Below are positions 41,272 through 49,604 of a stretch of 64,000 nt of DNA, one piece after another (position 1 is the first letter of the stretch; each line of letters starts with the position of its first letter). Source of the DNA: an uncultured delta proteobacterium (GTDB lineage: Bacteria; Myxococcota_A; UBA9160; SMWR01). The DNA is taken from contig CAWHTE010000001.1 of NCBI GenBank assembly GCA_963832165.1, positions 96,001 to 160,000 on the forward strand, written 5' to 3'. Both the position numbers and the translations under genes were made by a program. Under the pieces are notes generated by a model that did not search any database, was not told the origin of the DNA, and saw nothing but the letters and a program-made list of their open reading frames with translations.

Positions 41272-44200
41272 GCCGCGTGCTCTTGGGAATCGATCTCGGA
41301 GGCGGCAGCGTCCACTGCACGCTGCTGGACGCCGACACGGGCGCGCGCTTCGAGGCCGCGCTCGCGATCACGAGCCAGTCGGCGGAAGGCACGAGCGGCC
41401 TCGGCTACGAGATCGCCACCGATGAGCTCTGGGCGCGCGTGGGCGAGACCACGCGCGCGGTGCTCGCTTGCGCGGGCGCCACGGGCGATGCCGTCGCGGG
41501 CGTGTCGGTGACAGCGATGCGCTTCACGTCGGTGGTGCTCGACGCGGCCGGCGAGGTGCTGTTCGCGGTGCCCAACCGCGATGCGCGCTCGGTCGGCGAG
41601 AGCATGCGGATCGCGGCCGAGCGCGGCCAGGCGGTGCTCGCGACCAGCGGCATGTGGCCGCTGCCGATCCACGCTGCGCCGCGCCTGTCGTGGCTGCGCA
41701 GCGCGCGGCCTGACGTGTTCGGGCGCGCGGTTACGCTGCTCTCGCTCTCGGACTGGCTGAACTTCCGGCTCTGCGGACGGCGGATCACCGACGAGACACA
41801 GGCGGGCTGCACGGGCCTGTTCGATCTGCGCAAACGCGAGTGGAACGCGGAGCTGATCGACGCGTTCGGGCTGCCGCGCGCGATCTTCCCCGAGGTGCGA
41901 CCGTCGGGCGAGCGGATCGGCGAGCTCGACGCGCGCGCCGCGCGCGAGCTCGGGCTCGCACCCGGCACGCCCGTGGCGCTCGGCGGCGGCGACACGCGCT
42001 GCGGACTGCTCGGCGCGGGCGCGATCGCCGACGGCGACGTGGGCCTGATTGCGGGAACCACCGCTCCGCTCGAGCTCGTGACCGACGAGCCCGTGATCGA
42101 CGGCGAGGGACGGCTGCGCAGCGGGCTTCACGCGGTGCCGGGGCGTTATGTGCTCGAGGCGAACGTGGGACCGGTCGGCGAGGGCCTGGCCTGGCTCGCG
42201 CGCCTGCTCCACCCGGACGACGCGCGGCCCGACGACCGCTTTGCGGCCGAGGCTTCGACCGCGGCGATCGGCTCGGCCGCGATGCTCGCGAACGTGGGCG
42301 CACTCGTGGCGAACGATCGCCAGCCCGCTTTCCCCGTCGGCATGTACTCGCTCTCCCACATGACGGGCACGCAGGGGCGCAGTGCGCGCGCGAGCCTCGC
42401 GCGCTCCGCGCTCGAGGGAGTGGCGTGTGCGGTGCGCGCGAACCTCGAGCAGCTCACGCGCGTCACGGGGCGCGATCTGCGCCGCATTCATCTCGCGGGC
42501 GGGCTCTCGCGCAGCGCGCTGTTCGCGCGGATCCTCGCGGGCATCACGCGCGCCGAGGTGGTGCGCGCGGCGGCGCCCGAGGCGACCGGCCTCGGCGCTG
42601 CGCTGTGCGCGGGCATCGGCGCGGGCGTGTTCGCGGACGCGCTCGACGCGGTGAGCCACGGCGTGCGCGCAGCGGAGACCTCCGCGCCGCAGGCGGCCGA
42701 GGCCGACGCGTACGAGCGGCTCTACGAGAGCTGGAGCGAGCTGCGCGACGCGGCCGAGCAGACCACGGCGCCGATCGCGATGCGCCACACGGTTCCGGCC
42801 GCGCTCGCCGCCTCGCAGCGCAACGGGCGGCGCGCCAAGGCCGCGCATCGGCCCAAGGCGCTCGTCACCGCGGCGTTCGACGACGCGTCGATCGAGCGGC
42901 TGCGCGGCTTCGCCGACGTCGAATACGCGAGCTTCCGCGACCGCATGCAGCTGCTCACGGGCGCGAGCCTGGTCTCGGCGCTCGCCGACTGCGACGTGCT
43001 GGTCACCGAGGTCGACGTCGTCGACGCGAAGGCGCTCGAAAAGCTTCCGAACCTGCGCGTGGTGGCGGCCTGCCGCGGCGACGCCGTGAACGTGGACGTG
43101 GCCGCGTGCAGCGCGTTCGGGATCCCGGTGCTGTTCGCGCCGGGCCGCAACGCCGACGCGGTGGCCGACCTCACCGTCGCGTTCCTGCTCAACCTCGCGC
43201 GGCGGCTGCCCGCGGCCACGAAGTTCCTCGCCGACCCGGCGGTGACGGCCGGCAATCTCGCGGCGATGGGCAAGGCGTTCCGGGGCCTGCAGGGCTACGA
43301 GCTCTGGTCGAAGACGGTGGGTCTGGTCGGACTCGGCGCGGTCGGGCGCGGCGTGGCGCGCCGGCTCTCGGGCTTCGGCGTGCGCCTGCTGGTCGCCGAT
43401 CCGTACGTCTCCGCGGAGGAGGCCGCGCTCGCGGGCGCCGAGAAGGTCGAGCAGGGCGAGCTCCTGCGCACGAGCGACTTCGTGAGCCTGCACGCGGCCG
43501 TCACCGACGCGACGCGCGGGCTGCTCGGCCCCGCGCAGTTCGCCGCGATGAAGCCCGGCGCGTATCTGATCAACACCGCACGCGCGGCGCTGGTCGACGA
43601 GGCCGCGCTGCTCGCGGCGCTCGACAGCGGGCACCTCGCGGGCGCTGCGCTCGACACGTTCGCGGTCGAGCCGCCCGGCGCCGATCACCCGCTCGTGCGC
43701 CACGGCAGCGTGATCCACACGCCGCACATCGGCGGCAACACGAACGAGGTCGCTGCGCACCAGGGCCGGAGTATCTCCGATGCGCTCGAGCAGCTCGTGC
43801 GCGGTGAGGCGCCGCGCTGTCTGCTCAATCCCGAGGCGCTCGCGGGCTTCAGCTGGACGGGTTCGCGCCGCGTGCCGACGGCCGACGAGCTCACCGCGCT
43901 CGCCAATCGCGCGGGCCCGGCCGTCACCGACCTGCAGCGCGACGCGCAGGCCGAGGCCCAGGAGGAGAAGCTCGAGCCGAGCGCCGCGCCCGCGGAGACG
44001 GTCGCGGCGATGAAGCGGATCCTCGAGACGTTCACGGCCGCGATGGCGCAGGACGAGCGCGTGCACGCGTTCAGCGCCGACAAGGACGTCGCGCTCTACT
44101 TCGTGCTGCCCGACATCGGCCTCGACCTCCACATCGCGCTGCGCGAGGGACGGGTCTCGGGCGGGCTCGGCAAGCCCGAGGGTGGCTCCGTGGTCCAGCT

Positions 44201-45083
44201 GCGCATGCGCGCGGCGATCCTGGACGGGATGTTCACGGGCAAGGTGAACGCGATGGAAGCCGCGATGCAGGGCGAGGTCGCGTTCACGGGCGACGCCGGC
44301 AAGGCGATGGCGATCCAGCAGCTCCAGGGCGACATGCGGCGGCTCTACAGCGCCGCGCGCGAAGAGGTGGGCGATCCGGGCGACCTCGCCGCGATTCCGC
44401 AGCCGGGCGCGGCGCCGGGCGCCGCCGCTGCGGCGAAGCCCGTCGGCTCCGACGACGTCCGCGTCGAGATCGTCTCGATCACCCAGGAGCTCTACGAGAA
44501 CCAGGTGATCACCGCGACGGGCGGCAACGTGTGCGCGCGGATCCCGGGCAAGCCGGACGAGGTCTGGATCACGCCGAGCCAGCTGTTCAAGGGCGATCTG
44601 CGGCCCGAGGTACTCGTGCGGATCGACCTCGATGGCAAGTCGCTCGACGAGGGCTCGCGCTCGGCGTCGTCCGAGTGGAGCATGCACACGCAGATCCTCA
44701 AGAAGAAGCCCGAGGCGAAGGCCGTGATCCACGCCCACGCGCCGTTCGCGACCACGCTCGCGAACACGGGGCTGCCGTTCCTGCCGATCAGCACCGAGGC
44801 CGCCTTCTTCGGCGACATCCCGCGCGTGCCGTTCATCATGCCCGGCACCGACGCGCTCGCGGAGGCGGTCTCCGAAGCGATGAAGGACAGCTGGGCCGTG
44901 TTCATGGTGAACCACGGGCTGGTCGTGTGCGGGCGCAGCCTGCGCCGCGCGGCCGACATGGTGGAGATCGTCGAGCGCTCGGCACAGCTGATCCTGGGCT
45001 GCTATGCGGTGGGCAAGGAGCCGCCGGTGCTGCCCGAGAAGACGGTCGCGATGCTGCGCAAGATGGGCGATCTGGTCGCGTAG
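41268..45083 (+). CDS. Four-domain fusion: FGGY carbohydrate kinase + D-2-hydroxyacid dehydrogenase + SCP2 + class II aldolase (1271 aa)
   Basis: GIDLGGGS, GGGD, AGTT, EATGLGAA; GLGAVG, INTAR, TPHIGG; FTGKVNAMEAAMQGEVAFTGD; GGNV, SSE, HAH, NHG; one uninterrupted frame with ATGA overlap upstream. Confidence 0.88.
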   Translation: MSRVLLGIDLGGGSVHCTLLDADTGARFEAALAITSQSAEGTSGLGYEIATDELWARVGETTRAVLACAGATGDAVAGVSVTAMRFTSVVLDAAGEVLFAVPNRDARSVGESMRIAAERGQAVLATSGMWPLPIHAAPRLSWLRSARPDVFGRAVTLLSLSDWLNFRLCGRRITDETQAGCTGLFDLRKREWNAELIDAFGLPRAIFPEVRPSGERIGELDARAARELGLAPGTPVALGGGDTRCGLLGAGAIADGDVGLIAGTTAPLELVTDEPVIDGEGRLRSGLHAVPGRYVLEANVGPVGEGLAWLARLLHPDDARPDDRFAAEASTAAIGSAAMLANVGALVANDRQPAFPVGMYSLSHMTGTQGRSARASLARSALEGVACAVRANLEQLTRVTGRDLRRIHLAGGLSRSALFARILAGITRAEVVRAAAPEATGLGAALCAGIGAGVFADALDAVSHGVRAAETSAPQAAEADAYERLYESWSELRDAAEQTTAPIAMRHTVPAALAASQRNGRRAKAAHRPKALVTAAFDDASIERLRGFADVEYASFRDRMQLLTGASLVSALADCDVLVTEVDVVDAKALEKLPNLRVVAACRGDAVNVDVAACSAFGIPVLFAPGRNADAVADLTVAFLLNLARRLPAATKFLADPAVTAGNLAAMGKAFRGLQGYELWSKTVGLVGLGAVGRGVARRLSGFGVRLLVADPYVSAEEAALAGAEKVEQGELLRTSDFVSLHAAVTDATRGLLGPAQFAAMKPGAYLINTARAALVDEAALLAALDSGHLAGAALDTFAVEPPGADHPLVRHGSVIHTPHIGGNTNEVAAHQGRSISDALEQLVRGEAPRCLLNPEALAGFSWTGSRRVPTADELTALANRAGPAVTDLQRDAQAEAQEEKLEPSAAPAETVAAMKRILETFTAAMAQDERVHAFSADKDVALYFVLPDIGLDLHIALREGRVSGGLGKPEGGSVVQLRMRAAILDGMFTGKVNAMEAAMQGEVAFTGDAGKAMAIQQLQGDMRRLYSAAREEVGDPGDLAAIPQPGAAPGAAAAAKPVGSDDVRVEIVSITQELYENQVITATGGNVCARIPGKPDEVWITPSQLFKGDLRPEVLVRIDLDGKSLDEGSRSASSEWSMHTQILKKKPEAKAVIHAHAPFATTLANTGLPFLPISTEAAFFGDIPRVPFIMPGTDALAEAVSEAMKDSWAVFMVNHGLVVCGRSLRRAADMVEIVERSAQLILGCYAVGKEPPVLPEKTVAMLRKMGDLVA

Positions 45084-45084
45084 T

Positions 45085-45705
45085 CTACGCCGAGTCGACT
45101 CTCGCCCGGAGCGCCGTCCGTTCCGCCGCGGTGACCACGCGCGGCGCGCACACCAGCGCGCCGGTCGCGTCGAAGAACGGCCCGCGGCGGTGATCGCCGC
45201 GCAGCCGCGCGGCGAGAGCGATCCAGAAGAGCCGGAGGATCACCGACGCAGGAAAGCGGTCGTGCGCATCCAGCTGCTCGCGATGCTTCGCGAAGCGGGC
45301 GTGACCGCGGGTGCGGATCGGTCCGAGCACCTGCTCGCGCGCGCTCTCGGGCGCATCGATGCAGCTGTGGATCAGGCCCACGAACGGCACCTGCCGCGAG
45401 GCGAGCGTATTGCCGATCGGGGTGCGGCAGCACGCCGCGTACCAGCGCACGAGGCCGCCGGGTGCGAGGCGCATGCAGGCCAGGCGATCGGCGCCCGCGC
45501 TGATCTCGAGATGGGCGGGAGACATCTGGAAGATCTCGGTGCCGCCGTGTTCGTCGAGCGTCTCCTTCGCGGCGTCGAGGAAGTGCGCGAACGCCTGGCA
45601 GTCGTCGCAGTAGCAGTAGACGCGGTTCCCGAGCTCGCCCGAGACGCCGCGCGCGCTCCCGCGCAGCGCTCCGCAGCTGCATCGGATCGGGAGATCGGCG
45701 GGCAT
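45085..45705 (-). CDS. DUF6151 / GFA-like zinc-binding protein
   Basis: CSCG, CYCDDCQ, RWYAACCRTPIGN. Confidence 0.75.
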   Translation of the reverse strand: MPADLPIRCSCGALRGSARGVSGELGNRVYCYCDDCQAFAHFLDAAKETLDEHGGTEIFQMSPAHLEISAGADRLACMRLAPGGLVRWYAACCRTPIGNTLASRQVPFVGLIHSCIDAPESAREQVLGPIRTRGHARFAKHREQLDAHDRFPASVILRLFWIALAARLRGDHRRGPFFDATGALVCAPRVVTAAERTALRARVDSA

Positions 45706-45723
45706 CGGACGTGCGCCGTACGC

Positions 45724-46956
45724 CTAGCGCGCCGGCGCGAGCTCCCAGCGCAGGGGCACGCGCTTGATGCCGCCCACGAACGACGACCGCACGCGGTCGA
45801 CCGGCCCCGCGAGCTCGGCGCGCACGAGTCGCGTGCGCAGCTCCTCGAACACGGCGCGGATCTCGAGCCGCGCGAGATGGGCACCCAGGCACACGTGCTC
45901 GCCGCGCCCGAAGCCGACATGGTCGTTGGGCTGGCGGTCGATCCGGAACACGTCGCCGTCGGGGAAGATCTGCTCGTCGCGGTTCGCCGACGGGTAGAAC
46001 AGGCACAGCGACTGTCCGGCGCGGATCGCCTGGCCGCGCAGCGAGAAATCCTCGGTCGCGGTGCGGCAGAACTGGATCACAGGCGTCGTCCAGCGCACGA
46101 TCTCCTCGATCGCGGGTGTCACGAGCGCCTCGTTCTCCTGGAGCCGCTTCCACTCGCCCGGATTCTCGAGGAACGCGAGCATGCCACCCGTCATCGCGTT
46201 GCGCGTCGTCTCGTTGCCGGCCACCACGAGCAGGAAGAGGTAGGACAGCAGCTCGACGGGGGGCAGCGCGCGCCCGTCCACAGAGGCGTTGGCCACCTCG
46301 CTCACGATGTCGTCGTTCGGCTGGCTCCGCCGGCGCTCGGCGAGCTCGTGGAAGTAGGCGAACACCTCGTGGCGCGCGCCGTCGATCGTCTTCTGCGCGT
46401 CGCCATCGCGCTGAAACTCCGGGTCTTCGGGCGCGATGACCTCGTTGGTCCAGCGGAACAAGAGCGGCCAGTCCTCGTCGGGCAGGCCCAGCATCAGCGC
46501 GATCACCGCGATCGTGATCGGCGCGGACACGTCCTTCACGAAGTCGATCTGCTCGCGCTGCGCAGCGGCGTCGAGCACGTCGCGCGTGATCCGGCGCACC
46601 TTCGACTCCCAGCCCTGCGCCGCGCGCGGCGTGAAGCGCTTGCTCGCGACCTGGCGGTACTTCGCGTGGTCGGGCGGGTCCATGTTGAGCAGATGGCGCG
46701 TCTCGCCCTCGGGCGGCGGCGGGACCTTGTTGTCGAACACCGCGAGGCGCGGCGCATTCTGGAGCGTCTTGGGGTGCTTGCCCAGCCAGACGACATCGGC
46801 GTGCTTGGTGACGACCCAGAACGGATCGAAGTTCGGCCGCTCGTACCACAACACCGGCGCGTGCTGGCGCAGGTATGCCCACTCGCGATGCGGATAGCCG
46901 TGCTGCTCGTAGTGCTCGGGGTTCATCACGTCGATCGTCGCGAGATCGAAGCTCAT
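45724..46956 (-). CDS. Cytochrome P450 (CYP125/124/142-like)
   Basis: FWVVTKHAD, MDPPDH, AGNETTRN, EEIVRW, FGRGEHVCLG. Confidence 0.9.
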   Translation of the reverse strand: MSFDLATIDVMNPEHYEQHGYPHREWAYLRQHAPVLWYERPNFDPFWVVTKHADVVWLGKHPKTLQNAPRLAVFDNKVPPPPEGETRHLLNMDPPDHAKYRQVASKRFTPRAAQGWESKVRRITRDVLDAAAQREQIDFVKDVSAPITIAVIALMLGLPDEDWPLLFRWTNEVIAPEDPEFQRDGDAQKTIDGARHEVFAYFHELAERRRSQPNDDIVSEVANASVDGRALPPVELLSYLFLLVVAGNETTRNAMTGGMLAFLENPGEWKRLQENEALVTPAIEEIVRWTTPVIQFCRTATEDFSLRGQAIRAGQSLCLFYPSANRDEQIFPDGDVFRIDRQPNDHVGFGRGEHVCLGAHLARLEIRAVFEELRTRLVRAELAGPVDRVRSSFVGGIKRVPLRWELAPAR

Positions 46957-48251
46957 CGCGAGCCTCCGTTCGCCTTCGTCGCCACCTTCGGGAACGCGCG
47001 CGCGATCGCGAGCAGCCACTCCACGATGCGCACCACGTGCAGCGAGAGCACGGGCTTGCCGCTCGTGCACAGCGCAACCGACAGCGCGCGATCGGGGTCG
47101 GCCCACGAGAAGATGTTCGAGAATCCCAGGTGTCCGAACGCGCTCTCGCTGTCGGGCCCGAACAGCGAGAAGTTGGGGCTGCCGAGCATGAAGCCGAGCC
47201 CGTAGCGGAGCGGGAAGCCGAGCGTGAAGTCGACCTCCCACCACGCGGACTCGCCTGTGGCGTGGCGGATCGTCGCGGGGTCGAGCACGCGCACGCCGTT
47301 CTGCTCGCCGCCGTCGAGCAGGCACTGGTAGAACGCACACAGCTCGCTCGCGGTGGTGACCACGTTCGCGGACGGGATGATCCCGGTGAGGTAGCGCGGA
47401 TCGTTCGCGAGCTCGATCACGTGCTCGATGTCGGCCCCGAGCGCGTTGCGCAGGATCGCCGAGCCGGGCCACGGCACGGGCGGACCCGTCACCGCGTCGC
47501 GCGCAACGAGCGGCAGATCCTCCTTGCCCACGCCGTAGCGCATCCAGCGGTAGCCGAGCGGCTCGATCAGCTCGCGCTCGAGCACGGTGCGGATGTCGGA
47601 CCCCGTGACCCGCCGCACCACCTCGGCGAGCACGAAGCCGCCCGAGACGGCGTGATAGGCGAGCACGCGCCCGGGCCGCGACCGCAGCTCCGCGTCGCAC
47701 ATGATCTCGACCACCTTCTCGGGCTGACCGAGCAGATCGAGGTCCATCGACTCGGGCGGCAGATTCGGGATGCCGGCCTTGTGCGCGAGCAGGTGGCGCA
47801 ACGTGATGCGCTGCTTGCCGTGCTTGGCGAACTCGGGGATGAAATCGCACACGCGGTCTTCGAGGTGCAGCACGCGCTTCTCGTCGAGCTTGTGGATCAC
47901 CATCGCCGTGATCGCCTTGCTCGCCGAGAAGATGTCGAACGGGGTCTCGGTGCTGACCGAGAGCTTCGGCGCGTCGGGCGGGTCCTGCGGCGCGTTACCG
48001 CGCGCGTGGCCGATCGCGCGGTTGAGCACCACGACGCCCTGGCGCCGCACGCACAGCGACAGCGCGGGGTGTACGCCCGTGGCGTAGATCGCCTGCGTCG
48101 CGTCCCACACGCGCTCGACTTCGGCGGCCGCCACGTCCGAGCCGCCGGGATCCTCGGGGCCCACGTCGAGGTTTTCTTCGAGGTCGCGCGGGAGGCGACA
48201 CCGCTTCGTGCCGGGCAGGTTCAGCTGACCGATCCAGTGGAGGGGGTCCAT
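46953..48251 (-). CDS. Serine hydrolase (beta-lactamase-fold lipase/esterase)
   Basis: FSASK, LLAHKAG, AYH, FGHLG. Confidence 0.88.
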   Translation of the reverse strand: MDPLHWIGQLNLPGTKRCRLPRDLEENLDVGPEDPGGSDVAAAEVERVWDATQAIYATGVHPALSLCVRRQGVVVLNRAIGHARGNAPQDPPDAPKLSVSTETPFDIFSASKAITAMVIHKLDEKRVLHLEDRVCDFIPEFAKHGKQRITLRHLLAHKAGIPNLPPESMDLDLLGQPEKVVEIMCDAELRSRPGRVLAYHAVSGGFVLAEVVRRVTGSDIRTVLERELIEPLGYRWMRYGVGKEDLPLVARDAVTGPPVPWPGSAILRNALGADIEHVIELANDPRYLTGIIPSANVVTTASELCAFYQCLLDGGEQNGVRVLDPATIRHATGESAWWEVDFTLGFPLRYGLGFMLGSPNFSLFGPDSESAFGHLGFSNIFSWADPDRALSVALCTSGKPVLSLHVVRIVEWLLAIARAFPKVATKANGGSR

Positions 48252-48276
48252 GGGGGGATCTCTTTCTGTGGGTTGA

Positions 48277-49602
48277 CTACGACTTTTCATCATCCTCGTT
48301 CACGGCGCCCGCGCCCAGGTAGACGTCGAGACCCGTGATCGAAGCGTTGCGGTAGGTGCGCGCCATCGCGGCTTCACAGTTCGATTGGCCGCGCCAGAAC
48401 GGGAAGCCGCCGAGCCGCGCCACGATCGCGCCGGGCTTGCGCGGGATGCGCACCTCGATCGCCTCGTCGCGGCTGCGCACGGCGCCGCCCCAGAACACCT
48501 CGGGATCCTCCGGGAGCGGCTCGTCGGGAATCACGCGCTCGGGCGGCGGCTCGATCACGGCGATGTTCGGCGCCACGAACGGCTCGCCCTCGTCCCCTTC
48601 GAGCAGCTCGCCGTCGGCTCCGTACGTGGGCTCGGAAGACGATGGCGGCATCGGCGCCCGCGGGATCGCCGCGGGTCCGAGCGCCGCGAGCAGCTCGCTG
48701 CGCTCCATGCCGCGAAGCTGGAAGATCAGGAACGGATCGCGGTCGAACTCCTCGCCGAGCAGGTAGTAGACGGCCGCCACGTGCTTGCATGGGTTCGCGT
48801 TGTCGGGGCACGAGCACGCGGCCTTGAGATCGCCGCTCGCGTTGGGGAAGAGCGACAGGCGCTGCTCTTCGAACACGCTCTCGATGCTTTCGGGGATGGT
48901 CCCCATGCCGAGTTCGACGGCGATGTCGGGGCGCTGCGCGAGCGCGCGCGTGAGCTTCTTCCAATCGGTGCTCGACAGCATCGAGAAGTGCATGCGCACG
49001 AGATACGGTGCGTCGCGCGAGCCCTGAACGTGCGCGGTGACGAAGCCCTTGCCGATCTCGATGTCGACGATGTGGCCCTGGCGCGCGTAGTTGCGGCCGC
49101 GTCCGAGCCGACGCCCGACCGCGAACCGCTCGAGCACTTCCACCCAGCGCCGCGCCCACCAGTTCTCACCGGTGCGCCCGCGCCGCGGGCGTCCGCGTTG
49201 ATTGTTGTTGCGCTGCGGTCGCCCTTGTCCGCGCCCGCGCCGGTTCCGGCCGCCGCTCTTGCCGCGCTGCTGGCCCTGCCAGCCGCCGCCGCCATTCCCG
49301 CCGCGCTGCGCACCATCGCCGTCGTCGCCGTCGTCGTGGAACACCTCGAGGTCGCGGAACAGCTCGGGCGGCCTCGCCGCGACGTCTGCGCCGCTCGCGC
49401 CCTCCACGCCCGGCGCGGCCGTCGGCGCGGCGTTCCAGGATCCGTTTCCGCCCGCGCCGCCGTTCTGCGCGTTCGGATCGACCGGGCCGCTCGGACCGCC
49501 GGGACCGCGCCCGCCGCGCCGGCGCCGCGGCCGTCGCCGCCGGCGGCGGGGTTCTCCGCCGCCTCCGCCGACTTGTCCGCCGCCCGGGCCTTCTTCGCTC
49601 AT
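48277..49602 (-). CDS. SWIM zinc-finger protein with long Gly/Arg-rich N-terminal extension
   Basis: WWARRW, RLGRGRNYARQG, VQGS, CSCPD...PCKH, DPFLIFQLRG. Confidence 0.88.
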   Translation of the reverse strand: MSEEGPGGGQVGGGGGEPRRRRRRPRRRRGGRGPGGPSGPVDPNAQNGGAGGNGSWNAAPTAAPGVEGASGADVAARPPELFRDLEVFHDDGDDGDGAQRGGNGGGGWQGQQRGKSGGRNRRGRGQGRPQRNNNQRGRPRRGRTGENWWARRWVEVLERFAVGRRLGRGRNYARQGHIVDIEIGKGFVTAHVQGSRDAPYLVRMHFSMLSSTDWKKLTRALAQRPDIAVELGMGTIPESIESVFEEQRLSLFPNASGDLKAACSCPDNANPCKHVAAVYYLLGEEFDRDPFLIFQLRGMERSELLAALGPAAIPRAPMPPSSSEPTYGADGELLEGDEGEPFVAPNIAVIEPPPERVIPDEPLPEDPEVFWGGAVRSRDEAIEVRIPRKPGAIVARLGGFPFWRGQSNCEAAMARTYRNASITGLDVYLGAGAVNEDDEKS

Positions 49603-49604
49603 CG

